Source of the DNA: Octopus vulgaris
Lineage: Eukaryota
DNA: 64,000 nucleotides
NCBI GenBank assembly: GCA_951406725.2
Contig: OX597819.1
Coordinates: forward strand, 96,720,001-96,784,000
Reading direction: 5' to 3'
The first letter of the stretch is position 1. Each line of letters opens with the position of its first letter. Positions 40,968-53,681 of the stretch are shown piece by piece. The position numbers and the translations under genes were made by a program. The notes beneath the pieces are model-generated. The model worked only from the letters and a program-made list of their open reading frames with translations, ran no database searches and was not told the DNA's origin.

Positions 40968-43900
40968 ATGTTTTTGGAAACTAAAAGGAAAACTAAATCA
41001 GTATACCAAATCGCTTGTCCTATGGTTAATCTGGAAGCGCGTCCCCCAGGGAAGAGCCAGCCTGGGATCGAAAAGTCATCAACTGGCACAAACTCTTCTC
41101 CGAATACAGACATGGATGGTCACTTGAACGGGAAATCCCCCAACTCGAGCCCTCCAAGTTCATCACCACAACCACCACAGAAAGAAAAATGTAAGCGGAA
41201 CAAATGGACCCGAGAAGAGTATAAAGAAGTAATATACGCTTATTACTATGCATTAGGTAGGCCATCTCAAGAGAGACACACCGCAAACTCTTACAGTATA
41301 TGGAGAACACGGAATCAAGACAGTAGGCCCTATTTGGACGGGAACAAATTAGCAAATGTGAGGAGGGATATCCTTAGAAATAACAGACTCACAGACAGTG
41401 AAATAAGCGCGATCAAGCACGCAACGGAAAATGACATAAATATAAGACACAAAGGAAATGAAGAATCAGATGAACAGTATAGCCCGCCACGAGGCTTAAT
41501 TGAAAGACTGCCATCTGACCAAAGTACGCAAAGGCCTGAAGATACAAGAAATTCTATTGTACCTGTTAAAGATAGCCAGGAAAACGAAAAAACAACAGTA
41601 ACTGAAGATCTCGCATTTGCTGAAGAACACAGAGAGTCTATGGCAGAAATAAGGTAGAAAATCCTGAATACGCTTGAAGTTGTAAGACATACAAGTATGA
41701 ATGATAGAGAACCACTTCATAAACTCTCAAATACAAACCAAAATAAAAAACAAATCCAAATTGGCAACTATGTAACAAATGAAATAATACGAGAATTAAA
41801 ACCTGATTTTACTGAGTTAAATGAAATTATTTACGCTTCTGCTAGGGCAATTGAAACCAGATGTATGCCCCCGAAAAAACAAAGAAAACCAAACCTGGGA
41901 AGAAATCAAACCTGGAGAAGTAAAATTGAAAAAGAGATTGAATTTATGAGAGGGGAAATATCAATATTAAATGAACTAATATGTGGAAATGATGTAAGAT
42001 CCAGAACAGGAAGAAAGATGAAGAGAAAATTTGGATCCTCACCAAGAGAAGAACTGATATCAATAAAAGAAACGCTGAAACAAAAAGTCCAAGCAAAAGC
42101 CCAAAGAATACGAAGATTTGAGAAGAGAAACAAGTTTTATAAGCAAAATAAGCTGTTCACATCCAATGCCAAAAAATTCTACAGAGAAATAGGGAAGGAG
42201 AAAGTAACCGTTAAAGACCCCCATCCCATGGAAGAAGTTCAAAACTTTTGGAAAAGGATTTGGAGTAACAAGAAGATGTACAACATAAATGCAGACTGGA
42301 TTATACAAACTGAAGGATCCTACCAAAATTTACAACAACAAGCATGGGAAGACATCACAATAGCAGACCTAAGAAAGACACTCACGAAGGCCCATAATTG
42401 GAAATCCCCCGGTAAAGATAAGGTGCCGAATTTCTGGCTCGCATCGCTCCCATGCGCACACGGTAAGCTAGTTCAGCTGCTCAATGGAATTATGAGAGAC
42501 CCAAAGAAAACACCTGAATGGTTAGCAAGTGGCATTACTTACCTACTCCCAAAGAATAACGAAACCAACCTTCCAAAAAACTATCGGCCTATAACCTGTC
42601 TATCCACCACGTATAAAATCCTAACATCTATCCTGGCGGAGAAAACATATGCATTCATGGAGAAGAACGATATTTTCCCCATTGAACAAAAAGGGTGCCG
42701 CCGAGGCTCTTACGGATGCAAAGATCAACTGCTAATCAATCGTATGATCCTTGAGAACTGTCACAACAAGCGCAGAAATCTCAGCACCGCATGGATTGAC
42801 TATAAAAAGGCCTTCGACAGTATACCGCATCCATGGATCTTGAGATCACTGGACATCTTCAAAATTTCCCCTGTGATTTCAAACTTCCTGAAGCACAATA
42901 TGTCGTTGTGGAATACGAATCTCCAATTATACCACTCTAATGGAGTACTTGCCTCAGAAAATATAAACATCAACTGTGGAATTTTTCAAGGTGACTCACT
43001 TTCACCTTTAATATTCTGCATAGCCCTAATACCCCTTACAAGTGAATTAAACAGAACAGGGTATGGGTATAAAATTGCCAATAAAAAAATAAGCCATCTA
43101 TTTTATATGGATGACTTAAAACTTTATGGTAAAGACAATAATGAACTTGAAGGCCTATTGCGCACCGTGAAAGCATTCAGCGATGACATCGGGATGGAGT
43201 TTGGACTTGAGAAGTGTGCCAAGGCCACTTTCCAGAAAGGGAAAGTGAAGACCACAAATTCAGTCGTGTTAGATGTTGACACAGTCATAAGAGAGCTTGA
43301 GCAAGAACAAACATACAAATATTTAGGGATAAATGAAGGCTCTGGTATTCAGCATGCAAGCATGAAAGAGAAAATCAGGAAGGAATGTTATAGGAGAGTT
43401 CGTGCAGTCCTGAAATCTGAACTAAATGCACGTAACAAGGTGTTAGCTATAAATTCCTTAGCAGTTCCAGTTGTTACTTATAGCTACAATGTGTTGAACT
43501 GGAATATGAGTGAAGTAAAGAATATAGATAGAAAAATACGCAAGCTGCTGAGTTGTAATAGGATGCACCACCCAAAGGCAGACGTAGATCGCCTTTACCT
43601 TCCCAGAGCCCAAGGAGGTCGAGGCCTGATCCAATTTGAACTAGCTTACAAAACAACCACAATTGGACTGGCCAAATATCTCGAAATATCGAATGACTGG
43701 ATGCTAAAGCTCGTGGAAAATCACGAGAGACGAAAGAAGCTTCATTCTATAATAAAGGAAAGCAAAAAATTTGCTACTGATCTCGTGCAGGATACCCAAA
43801 CTGAACAACCCGAGGGAAGTACGGCAACTATTGTTGCAAAGAAGGTGAAAATGATGGCAATGAAAAACGCGCACGAGCAATTGGCTGATAGGTGGGAGGA

Positions 43901-44656
43901 AAAACCTCTGCACGGCAAATATGTGACCCGTAGCAAACAAGCTGATGTTGACCAGAAGCAAACCCATCAGTGGCTACGGAGCTCAGGGCTAAAAGCAGAG
44001 AGCGAAGGTTTCATCCTGGCTGCTCAAGATCAAAGCCTATTAACCCGGAACTACCAGGCCAATGTGATGAAAAATGGAGCAGACCCAAAATGCCGATTCT
44101 GCAACGACATGATTGAAACAGTGGACCATATAATCTCTGGATGTAAAGTCTTAGCACCAGTGGAGTATAAATAAGACATGACAGAGTTGGCCTATATCTC
44201 CACTGGCTAATTAGTCGGCATTACAATATCAAAACTGCCGACAAGTGGTATAATCACCACCCTGAGGCTGTAACTGAAGGAGAAAATGTAACCATTCTGT
44301 GGGACTTTCCAGTACATACAGACCGAACCATCAAGGCCAATAAACCAGATATTGTTGTGAAAGACCAAAACAATAAAGTTTGCTTATTGATCGACATGAG
44401 CATCCCCTGTGATCATAATATCTCAGCGAAAGAGTTTGACAAGCTCAGAAAATATAAAGACCTACTCATTGAAATTGAGAAAATGTGGCATCTCAAGGCG
44501 GTTACAATACCAGTGATCGTAGGAGCACTAGGAAAGATCGAGAAGGGAACCGAAAATTATATGAGAATGATCCCTGGCTTACCATCCCTGCAAGAAGTGC
44601 AAAAGATTGTCTTAACTGGTACATAACACGTATTGAGAAGAGCATTGTCGATGTGA
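40968..44656 (+). pseudogene. Dong/R4 ORF (N-terminal domain, RT, CCHC, RLE) with three lesions
   Basis: KRNKWTREEY N-terminus; in-frame TAG at 41655; 1-bp frameshift at ~44170 before RHDRV; KANKPDIV...LIDMSIP...KYKDL RLE; TAA at 44624; natural stop TGA at 44654-44656. Confidence 0.9.
41697..44174 (+). CDS. Longest intact segment (825 aa): non-LTR reverse transcriptase plus CCHC finger
   Basis: NWKSPGKD, NYRPITCL, IDYKKAFDSI, GIFQGDSLSP, FYMDDLKLY, YKYLG, GGRGL, CRFCNDMIETVDHIISGC. Confidence 0.9.
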   Translation: MNDREPLHKLSNTNQNKKQIQIGNYVTNEIIRELKPDFTELNEIIYASARAIETRCMPPKKQRKPNLGRNQTWRSKIEKEIEFMRGEISILNELICGNDVRSRTGRKMKRKFGSSPREELISIKETLKQKVQAKAQRIRRFEKRNKFYKQNKLFTSNAKKFYREIGKEKVTVKDPHPMEEVQNFWKRIWSNKKMYNINADWIIQTEGSYQNLQQQAWEDITIADLRKTLTKAHNWKSPGKDKVPNFWLASLPCAHGKLVQLLNGIMRDPKKTPEWLASGITYLLPKNNETNLPKNYRPITCLSTTYKILTSILAEKTYAFMEKNDIFPIEQKGCRRGSYGCKDQLLINRMILENCHNKRRNLSTAWIDYKKAFDSIPHPWILRSLDIFKISPVISNFLKHNMSLWNTNLQLYHSNGVLASENININCGIFQGDSLSPLIFCIALIPLTSELNRTGYGYKIANKKISHLFYMDDLKLYGKDNNELEGLLRTVKAFSDDIGMEFGLEKCAKATFQKGKVKTTNSVVLDVDTVIRELEQEQTYKYLGINEGSGIQHASMKEKIRKECYRRVRAVLKSELNARNKVLAINSLAVPVVTYSYNVLNWNMSEVKNIDRKIRKLLSCNRMHHPKADVDRLYLPRAQGGRGLIQFELAYKTTTIGLAKYLEISNDWMLKLVENHERRKKLHSIIKESKKFATDLVQDTQTEQPEGSTATIVAKKVKMMAMKNAHEQLADRWEEKPLHGKYVTRSKQADVDQKQTHQWLRSSGLKAESEGFILAAQDQSLLTRNYQANVMKNGADPKCRFCNDMIETVDHIISGCKVLAPVEYK

Positions 44657-44826
44657 GAACTGTTGCTGCTCATGTATTTTAATTTAACTTAAAAAAAAAA
44701 AAAATGAACGAACTACTGAGTTTGGTTTAATGGCCTACCAATGTATACTATGAGTTTCTTTGCCCTAGGAGTCGGGAAGACACTCGGCAAGAAATGGAAG
44801 CAAATTTGAAAGAAGAAAAAAAAAAA

Positions 44827-44900
<74 letters not shown>

Positions 44901-44915
44901 CCTTGGATGGAATTT

Positions 44916-45310
44916 ATAAACATTTAATGCATCGCCACGCGCGTTTCCGCAAATTACATGATTCTTAAGATCTGGGTCTGTATTCCTAGGATGACTACAG
45001 AGTAGTCCGTAGTATCCGTGAGCATCGGGTTGATTATCTTCATCGATTTATTTCTTCAGGTGATGTAACATTAATAGTTGTACAACAGAGGGATGTTTAT
45101 CCCTTTTTACCAGTCAGCCTTCATATTGGTCAAAAGGAATTGCGTCCATTAATGTTAAATCACCTGAAGAAATGAATCCATAAAGATGATCGACCCGATG
45201 CCTACGGATATTACAGACTACTCTGTAATCGTCCCAGGAATATGGACTCTGATCTCAAGAGAAATGTGATTTGTGAAAACGCGCAGCGTAGCGATGCATT
45301 AAATGTTTAT
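44916..45310. mobile_element. Fold-back element with a hammerhead-like fold in each arm
   Basis: Arms ~44916-45076 and ~45148-45310 are diverged reverse complements. Each reads AUCAC-CUGAAGA...GAAA-CGCG(..)CG-U(A/G)-GCGAU outward. Confidence 0.75.
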
Positions 45311-45351
45311 TATATTATATATATAAGTAACAAAGATGTACAGGAGTCAAT

Positions 45352-45436
45352 TCATTACGGCCGTTTCAATCGGCTCCATTTCATTGAATAATGAGAACAT
45401 TACATTAATTTGAAAGAAACCGCTCTCTTCAGATGA
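45352..45436 (-). ncRNA. Type I hammerhead ribozyme fold, canonical core, extended stem II
   Basis: UCAU-CUGAAGA-GAGCGGUUUC...GGAGCCGAUU-GAAA-CGGCCG-UA/AUGA: stem I UCAU/AUGA, palindromic stem III, GUA site. Confidence 0.7.
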
Positions 45437-45542
45437 CCAAACATAAAGGATAAACTATTTTTAAAAACAAATTTACATCAATAATGGAAGCCAAAATATA
45501 TACATTGCTTCCTATTGTTATATCTATGGTATGCCTATGCAG

Positions 45543-45627
45543 TCATCTGAAGAGAGCGGTTTCTTTCAAATTGATGTAATGTTCTCATTAATCAATTAAA
45601 TGGAACCGCTGGAAACAGCCGTATTGA
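45543..45627 (+). ncRNA. Type I hammerhead ribozyme fold (mirror copy, partly mutated)
   Basis: UCAU-CUGAAGA-GAGCGGUU...AACCGCUG-GAAA-CAGCCG-UA/UUGA. Confidence 0.6.
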
Positions 45628-45914
45628 ATTGACACTTCACATCTTTGTTACTTATTTATATTCTGTTCACCTAACTTGGAATCTGCACATCGGAAATACC
45701 ATAGAAAGTACCTTTATATATAAAAAATATATAAAACGGATATCTTCACTTAGCTGGGTCGCGTTGTCTGCACACATGGCAGAAATATTAGGTACAAACA
45801 CCCCTACACGGAGTTTTGATATACAATATTCAAGAACTATTGTTGAAATGTGAGAACTAGCAAGATGACTCAATTTAAGTACCCTAATTCAACTGAATTT
45901 TAATTATATATATA

Positions 45915-47107
45915 TTGGGGTTGGACGAAATAAGGGAAACACTTAGCGTCATAGCATCATAATTTTGAAATATCAATAAAACCGTCAAAAGCTTGTATAT
46001 TTTTATGTCTTTTGATTTATTATTAGTGTTGCTTAATGTATTTTGCTAAAATTCATGTTTCTTTGCAGATATAATCAGAAAAAGGTAATTAAAATTCATT
46101 AAAATGACAGATCTATCGGACTTTCAAAGAGGTCAAATTGTTGGTGCTCGTATGGCAGGCGCTAACGTAACGAAATTAGCCGAAATGTTTGGTGTATCAA
46201 GATGTACTGTCTCGAAAGTAATGACAGCTTTTGAGAAAAACGGAAAAACCTCCTCGTCAAAACAAAACTCCAAGCAAACCAAAACTTTCTGATATGGACA
46301 GTCGGACTCTTACGCGAACTGATAGAAAGGATCACAAAAGTACAGCTCCTAAAATTACTGCAGAGCTTAATGACAACCTCGAGAACTCAGTTTCCACAAA
46401 AACTGTTCGCCGGGAGCTGCACAAAGCCGGATTTCACAGAAGGTCTGCAATCAGAAAACCACTACTTCCAAAAACAAACGTTGCTAAGCGTTTAGAGTGG
46501 AGTAAGAACCTACAAAATTGGTCCCTAGAGCAATGGAAGAATGTAATTTTCTCAGACAAGTCATCCTGTTAAACATGGAGGAGGATCAGTGATGATCGGG
46601 GGGGGGGGGGCTATATCTTTGAAATCCGCCGGCCCAATGATTTCCCTTCATGATAGAATTAATAGTCAAGACTATTTAAGTATTTTATCTGATCAAATTC
46701 ATTCTCTGGTTGCGGAACTGTTTCCTGAGGGAAACGCAATCTTTCAGGATGATAATGCACCAATTCACGCAGCTAAAGTTGTTACTGAATGGCCGAGAAA
46801 TATTCTAGTGAAGTTGAACATCTTATCTGGCCACCACAGTCCCCAGATCTCAATATTATTGAACATGCATGGTGCATTTTAGAATAATAAGTATAGAGTC
46901 GGTATCCTCCACCATCATCACTACAAGAACTGGAGACTGTTTTAGCTGAAGAATGGATAAAAATTCCTTTGGAAACAATTCAAACTTCGTACGAGTCCAT
47001 CCCTCGTAGAATTCAAGCAGTAATTACTGCCAAAGGCGGTCCTACCCCTTATTAAAATAAATTTGTTTGAAATTTTAAGGTGTTTCCATTATTATGTTCA
47101 ATCCTTG
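45915..47107 (+). mobile_element. Tc1-family DNA transposon, defective transposase 46104-47055
   Basis: TIRs GGGGTTGGACGAAATAAGGGAAACAC / GTGTTTCCATTATTATGTTCAATCC. Motifs MTDLSDFQRGQIVG, WKNVIFSD, FQDDNAPIH, WPPQSPDLNIIEHAW and GGPTPY*. Frameshifts and an internal deletion near 46570. Confidence 0.92.
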
Positions 47108-47115
47108 TGTGTATG

Positions 47116-47149
<34 letters not shown>

Positions 47150-47606
47150 TGTATGTATGTATGTATGTATGTATGTATGTATGTATGTATGTATATGGTT
47201 TTCAGAATAGCCGTTTCTAGGTATGCATGATATATATCGACTACGGGTAGTATCAAATAAGCACTAGAGAAGCATGTTTTGTGTGTTTCAACAGAAGAGA
47301 AAAGCTTTACGTAATCGGATGAAATCTTTGATATCATCAATGGCACAAGATGTCACGCCATTGTAATGTTTTACAGTTGGCCACTTCTAAGGCTCCAAGA
47401 GCATGTTGTTGACAATAATATATTAACAATAAAAAAAATGGCTGTCATTTAATTATAATCAGTTTTGCATCGATGTCAACAATGCTCGTAACGATTGTGC
47501 TAGGAGGTGCAGTGGGAGAAGTGGAAGTACTATATGAAAGTAGCTTCAGTGTTGTTGGTCGACTACCTTGTTGAGAAATTTAATTATCAGTGTTTGTGTA
47601 TGTATG

Positions 47607-47682
<76 letters not shown>

Positions 47683-48399
47683 TGTGTGTGAAACAGAAAA
47701 GACACCGAGTTGAGAAAACTAACAAGAAAATTGATATCGATGTAAAGTGTAGAAGAGTCGGTAGCAACACCGGCGTAAAAACGGGATTCTCTCAACGGTT
47801 GCATATACTGTCAGAAATAGTAGCCAGATATTGTTCAAACAACACTTTCCTTTCTTGAAAATGAGATGAAGCACAGGTTAATATTTGCGTGAGTACACTA
47901 CGTAAAAAAGGATGGGATGGTCACTGTTGGAACACATTTGAGCGTAGATCTTCTTGATCAGGCTTGACAGGAACTAAACAACTACCACAACGCTAACATA
48001 AACTCTCCTTATACTTCCACAGTCATGTAGCCTCAACACTTATAGTCCAATGAAAGCAAAAGCAGGGTAAGTCTTATATTCGAGTTGGTGTGATAGCTAT
48101 ATTCTCCGAGAAAATCCTAACACATATAGATAAGGAATAAAGAATCTGTTTCAAATCTTCTACATAGAAAAGAACCTCAAAAGTATGTGAGGGCTATTGG
48201 TATCTCACTAAAAATATTGCGCATGCGTCGCAGTAAAAATAGACATGGAAACGTATACCTGCGTTACAAGTAAGTTGGAGATATTTGATTGAATTCGTCA
48301 TGTCGGATCTTAGTTATTCAAGGGTGACAATCACTGGTTAGTAACGACTGCACTTTTGAATATTTAAGCACTGCAACGCTGCTATTTAACCCATCACAG

Positions 48400-49940
48400 A
48401 CGACGCTACCTGCACAATTGTCCAGGGTGCCCAAATCAGAGAAGTCCACACCCTGTAAGAGTCGCACGATCACATGGTCTTCTTACTACATAGGATTTGT
48501 ATCTGATAGCCTCATGTATCATATACTGGACAATAGACTAGCTCCTTGATTTGCTCGGTGATGGCCGTTATTGACTAGCATGAGTTGACGTTCATGAAGT
48601 CCTAAACCTGCTAGATGCAGTCAACAGTCCTGAAGGTGTCTGACTGTTGAAGATGCTGCATTTCCTTTACCATAGATAACACTTCCGAGCCGAAAGTCTT
48701 CGGCTCTCTTCCAATCTTGAATACAAAGGACCTGGTCATGTTCAATAATCTAGCGATTTCCATATAGCAGTCATTTCTAATGCTTAGAATATGTTCGAAC
48801 AAAGTAAGAACATGGTGGAATATACGGATGACGTTTCCATGAAGGATACCACAGCAGACGAGGTGGTCGGCTCCATTCGAAAGGTTTACGAGACTGCGAC
48901 AGGAGCTAAAATTAACCTGAATAAATCGGTGGGCTTGCTGCTCGTCAGCCAGAAAGTTAAATTCAAGTCGCTGCCCAGAATCACGGAGTGCTGGATCAAC
49001 GATCTTGCTACGACGTCTAAGATCTCGACTGAACTGGATCACCTAGTGTATAGGAAATGGGACAAGATTACAAGAAGAGTTGTGAATATCATATACAAAT
49101 GCACTGAAAGGAAGTTTTCTTTGAAAAATCGGGCAGTGGAGACGAATATGTACATCACTTCTGTCATGTATTATCACCTAACCATTGGGCTTCACTCTAA
49201 TTTCCATTTGATTAGATTGGGGCATTTGCTCTTTTGCATTTTGTAGAAGGAACGCGTTCTACTGGCCAAGCGGATCACCTGCTGCCAACGAACTCTCTGT
49301 TGCGAGATCGGTATTCTGCTGTGTTTACCGATGTACCGGCATGCATTGAGTCCATCATATCTGCATAAATATCCGGATAGTGAGAAAGTGTGATTATATT
49401 TTATCAGGCACTATTTTCCGTCAAATCGCTCATTGATGGAGCTACCGTCCTCAGTCAAGCGAAGGCCAGCTGGGCTCCTGGTACCTGATACGTTCAGGAA
49501 AACTCTTTATCCATCGGGAAATTCGATCGATGGAGCGTCCACGTTAACTTTCTACGGGGGTCTATTGGTGAGTAAGAGCAACGTCGTTCTCATGGAAACA
49601 CTGATCATCTATGAGAATCATCTGCTTAAAAGATTCTTGGCTCATAGAATATAGAAAACTTCCAAATTTCCCTAGCTTAAGAGTACTACTGAGGGTATTG
49701 CTGACCTCAGATAAACTTGCTTTCATCTTTCTTTGAAGGACCTTTTCCCCAAAGTTTGTAGAGTTGACACAAATAAACCGCAAGTACTTTCTTCTTCCAC
49801 GGAATCCCCATCAAATTTTTAGAATTTAACTTAGAGAAGAATGTTTGGGTGGAGAGGGAGATGTTGTCCTCCAGTAAATTTGTAGAAAAGTAGATTTGAG
49901 TGGCGATTTTGCCTCGAGCAAATAAGCCTTGACTCAGTAT
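48400..49940 (+). mobile_element. Degraded Tx1/L1-clade ORF2, related to the 9631 element
   Basis: YTDDVS...YETATGAKINLNKSVGL, then TLTFYGGL and GENVWVEREMLSS-like segments that parallel the 9631-10427 protein. Confidence 0.75.
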
Positions 49941-50089
49941 GTGCCTATAGATCCGAGTATACAATTCAAGAGGTCACTTACCGTAACCCTAGATCTGTTT
50001 GGCTTGCCAGTTCTTTCTAGGGACTCTATCACATACACTCCATATTTTGTATGCCATCACTACCTCTTTCATCCCTATAAATACTTTAT

Positions 50090-50645
50090 ATCCTCACCAC
50101 CATCCCTACCGTCACCATCACTGCCATCACAATCAACATCAACACCACCGTCTCCACCACCAAAACTACCATCCTCCACCACCACCATCACTATTACCTC
50201 CGATATTTTTTCAACCTGTTCCTGCAATGTTCCCTTCATGCATTGCCTCTGTGGCATAACAAAAAACAAATCATCGTCATCAGTATCATCTTTATTTTTA
50301 TTATTATTATTATTGTTGTTGTTGTTGTTATTTTTATTGTTATTGCTGTTGCTGTTATTCTTCTTGATGGAGGCGGCGGCGACGGTGGTGGTGGTGGTGG
50401 TGGTAATGTTTTCGTTTTTGCTATTACTTTTATTGTTGGTAATGGTGGTGGTGGTGGTGGTGGTGGTGGCGGTAGTGGTTGCTTATTGTTGCTATTGTGT
50501 TAATGGTGGCAGTGTTGGTGGTGGTAGTGGCGGTGGTGATGGTGGTGGTGGGGGGAAGTTATGGAGGTGCTGGTGGTGGTGGTGGTGTTGTTACGAAATA
50601 ACAAGAATCAAAATTTTTATTGTTGCTGTTTTATTCGATAACAAT

Positions 50646-50676
<31 letters not shown>

Positions 50677-52101
50677 GCAAAAGCAACACCACCACCAACA
50701 ACAACAACCACAACGGCAGCAACAAGAAAAATACCATTAAATTCACGGTCGTCATCATCATCATCATCATGGTTGTCGTTCTCATAGTCGACATCTTTGA
50801 TAATACGGAAAGCGTTTGTGCGACACACAGACATGTTGCGTTAATCGATGCAGTGTGAGTCTGCCTATTGCGCATCTTTTGATCATTGAACCGTGCAGCA
50901 ATGACGGCCATCAAAAATCGCTATTATATTGATTAGTAATCCTTTGATAGTCCAACTGTTACAGAGAAACTCTCCACGTCCAAACGCCGCTTTCTGTTAT
51001 ATTGATGCATTCTCCATTACCGCAGCATTATAATAGATTTCTAACGTGTAATCCTTTTAGTGAGTTCTCTTGGCCGTTTGTTAGTGAAGTCGCTGCCACC
51101 ACCAGCAACGATGACAACGATAACGACAACGACGACGACGACGATGACGACGACGACGATGACGACGACGACGATGACGATGACGATGACGACGCTATAA
51201 AGACAGGCAGATATACGGACAGACAGAACGACGGACAGACAGAACGACGGACAGACAGAACGACAGACTGGCAGAACGACGGACAGACAGTCAGATAATG
51301 CAGCATGTCATTGAAAGGAGATTATTGCAAAGACAATAAAGTGTGGTAAAATCAAATGTATATAAGGGTGGGGAGCAAGAGATAGAGAGAGAGGCGGGTA
51401 GAGTTAGGGTATAGCAACGTTGTGTTAGTGATAGTGGTGGTGGTGGCGGCGGCGGCGACGGTGGTGGTGGTAGTCGTGGTCGTGGTGGTCGTGGTCATCG
51501 TGGTCGTGGTCGTCGTGGTCGTGGTCGTAGTAGTGGTGATTTTGTATTGATGGTGGTGGTGGTGCTGGTGGTGGCGTTGGTGGAGGTAATTGCCGTAGTG
51601 GTCCTTGTGAGCGAGGTAGTGAAATATTAAAGCGGCCTAATTTTGTTTTGTTTTTGTTGTTGTTGTTGTTATTGTTGTTTGATGTAATATCTTTGTTGTT
51701 GCTGTTGTTGATATTGTAGGATTTCATATTGCTATTTACGAAGTTGTTATTGCTGTTGTTGTTGTTGTTGTTGTTGCAATGAGATTTCACATCATTACAT
51801 CTTTTATAAGGCTGTTGTTTTTGTCTCGCTTCTATTGCCGTCGTCGTTGTTGTTGTTGTTGTTGTTGTTTTTTGTTATTATCATTGTCACTGGTGTTATT
51901 ATTATTATTATTATTACTTGTGTAGATGTTAATATTCTTCTTGTCGATGTTCTTGTAGTTATCTTTGCTGACGATGCTGCTGCTGTTGTCTTTGTTGTTG
52001 CTTGTTTGAGCTGTTGTTGTTGTTGTTGTTGTTGCAGCTGCTAACGTTGCCGTTGGAATTGTTGTTATTGTTGTTGATCCTATGCAATTGTCGTAATCAC
52101 A

Positions 52102-52158
<57 letters not shown>

Positions 52159-52587
52159 GCTGCTGTTGTTGTTCTTACCATTGTTGTTATTTCTATTATT
52201 GCTACGATACTTGCTTTTGTTGCATCTGTTATTATCCTTTGCTAATATTTAGCTATTGTTGTTGTTGTTGTTGTTGGGTCCTATTGTTATTGCTAATATT
52301 TTTGTTTTTTGTTTTGTTTTTGTTTTGTTGTTATTGCTAAAGTATTTATCATTGCTACACCATTAATATGCTGCTGCAGATCTTTTTTTGTATTTTTTCT
52401 TTGTATTGTTTGATTTTGCATAAATGATCTACTTGTTGTTGTTATTGTTGTTTTTGTTATTGTTGATGTTGCTGCTGCAGACATAGCTGCAATAATTGAT
52501 GCAGTTTTGCTGTTATTGGTGCTATTATAGCTTCTTTTAGTGTTGCAGCTGCGGCTGCCGTCATCGTCGTCATCGTCGCCTTCGTCA

Positions 52588-52624
<37 letters not shown>

Positions 52625-52710
52625 AGTTACTGCCATTGTTGTATGCTATTATCGCTGATAACATCATTACTGCTGTTGCTACTTTGGCCGTATCGCCATT
52701 GTTGTTGTTG
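50090..52710. repeat. Extended field of imperfect trinucleotide repeats (CAC/GTG, TTG/CAA, GAC, CTG)
   Basis: Directly visible; interrupted by a unique island at ~50775-51110. Confidence 0.9.
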
Positions 52711-53244
52711 CTATTGTTATTGTTCGGCCACGCGTCAACCCTGACTGAACAGACCTACGACCAAGATCAAAAGCATTCCAGCACTGGCCATCCCATCTAT
52801 TTAGAGGCGTACATAATTACATAATTTCCTATTTGTCCTTCCCTTTTGTAAGATAGTGGAGTGTGATGAGGGGGATTCTGCTACTATTTCTAGCAATCCA
52901 ACCATCTCCATAGTAGTCTTCTCTATGCCGTTGGATGCCAATGTTGTTAATACTGTTGATGCTGCTACAGAATTTTAAAGGATTCATTCGGTTATTATTA
53001 TAGTAGTGATGGCGGTGATCATGCAATCTAAAAAGACATGCAAGTTAGCTTTTCATTGGTAGTTCTTCTATCACGTGACAGCCGACTCAGTGTCATTTTA
53101 AAATGGCTGCGATGTGCATATTATCTCTAACGGAAACGTATAATTCCTTCTGTACAAATATGTATTCTTTGACAAATATACACTCGCACACATAAATATA
53201 TATACACAGGAATATGTTACTGTTAATATGTCTGTGTGTGTATG

Positions 53245-53275
<31 letters not shown>

Positions 53276-53355
53276 TAATAAGTACGTTTTTATATGCGCG
53301 TGTATAAAACTTGTATGTAGGCATGCACACACACATCGATGGATAGACAGACAGA

Positions 53356-53396
<41 letters not shown>

Positions 53397-53406
53397 GGTA
53401 GGTAGG

Positions 53407-53484
<78 letters not shown>

Positions 53485-53681
53485 TATAGATAGATAGATT
53501 GATAGATGGACATAGATACTATATACATACATATCTGTTTATATATACATATGCATATGAACATATGTATATAAACACATACCTTCTTGCATACATACAT
53601 ACATACATAAATACATACATACCATACATACATATGTACATACATACATACATACATACATGCATGCACACATACATACAT

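Larger units (their letters stand above)
40859..44827 (+). mobile_element. Near-full-length Dong/R4-clade non-LTR retrotransposon in (TAA)n
   Basis: Single long RT-RLE frame, short UTRs and an A-rich tail. TAA repeats at 40843-40858 and 44828-44899. Confidence 0.93.
45323..45655. mobile_element. Fold-back element with a hammerhead in each arm
   Basis: Arms ~45323-45437 and ~45542-45655 are reverse complements; TA-rich flanks. Confidence 0.8.
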
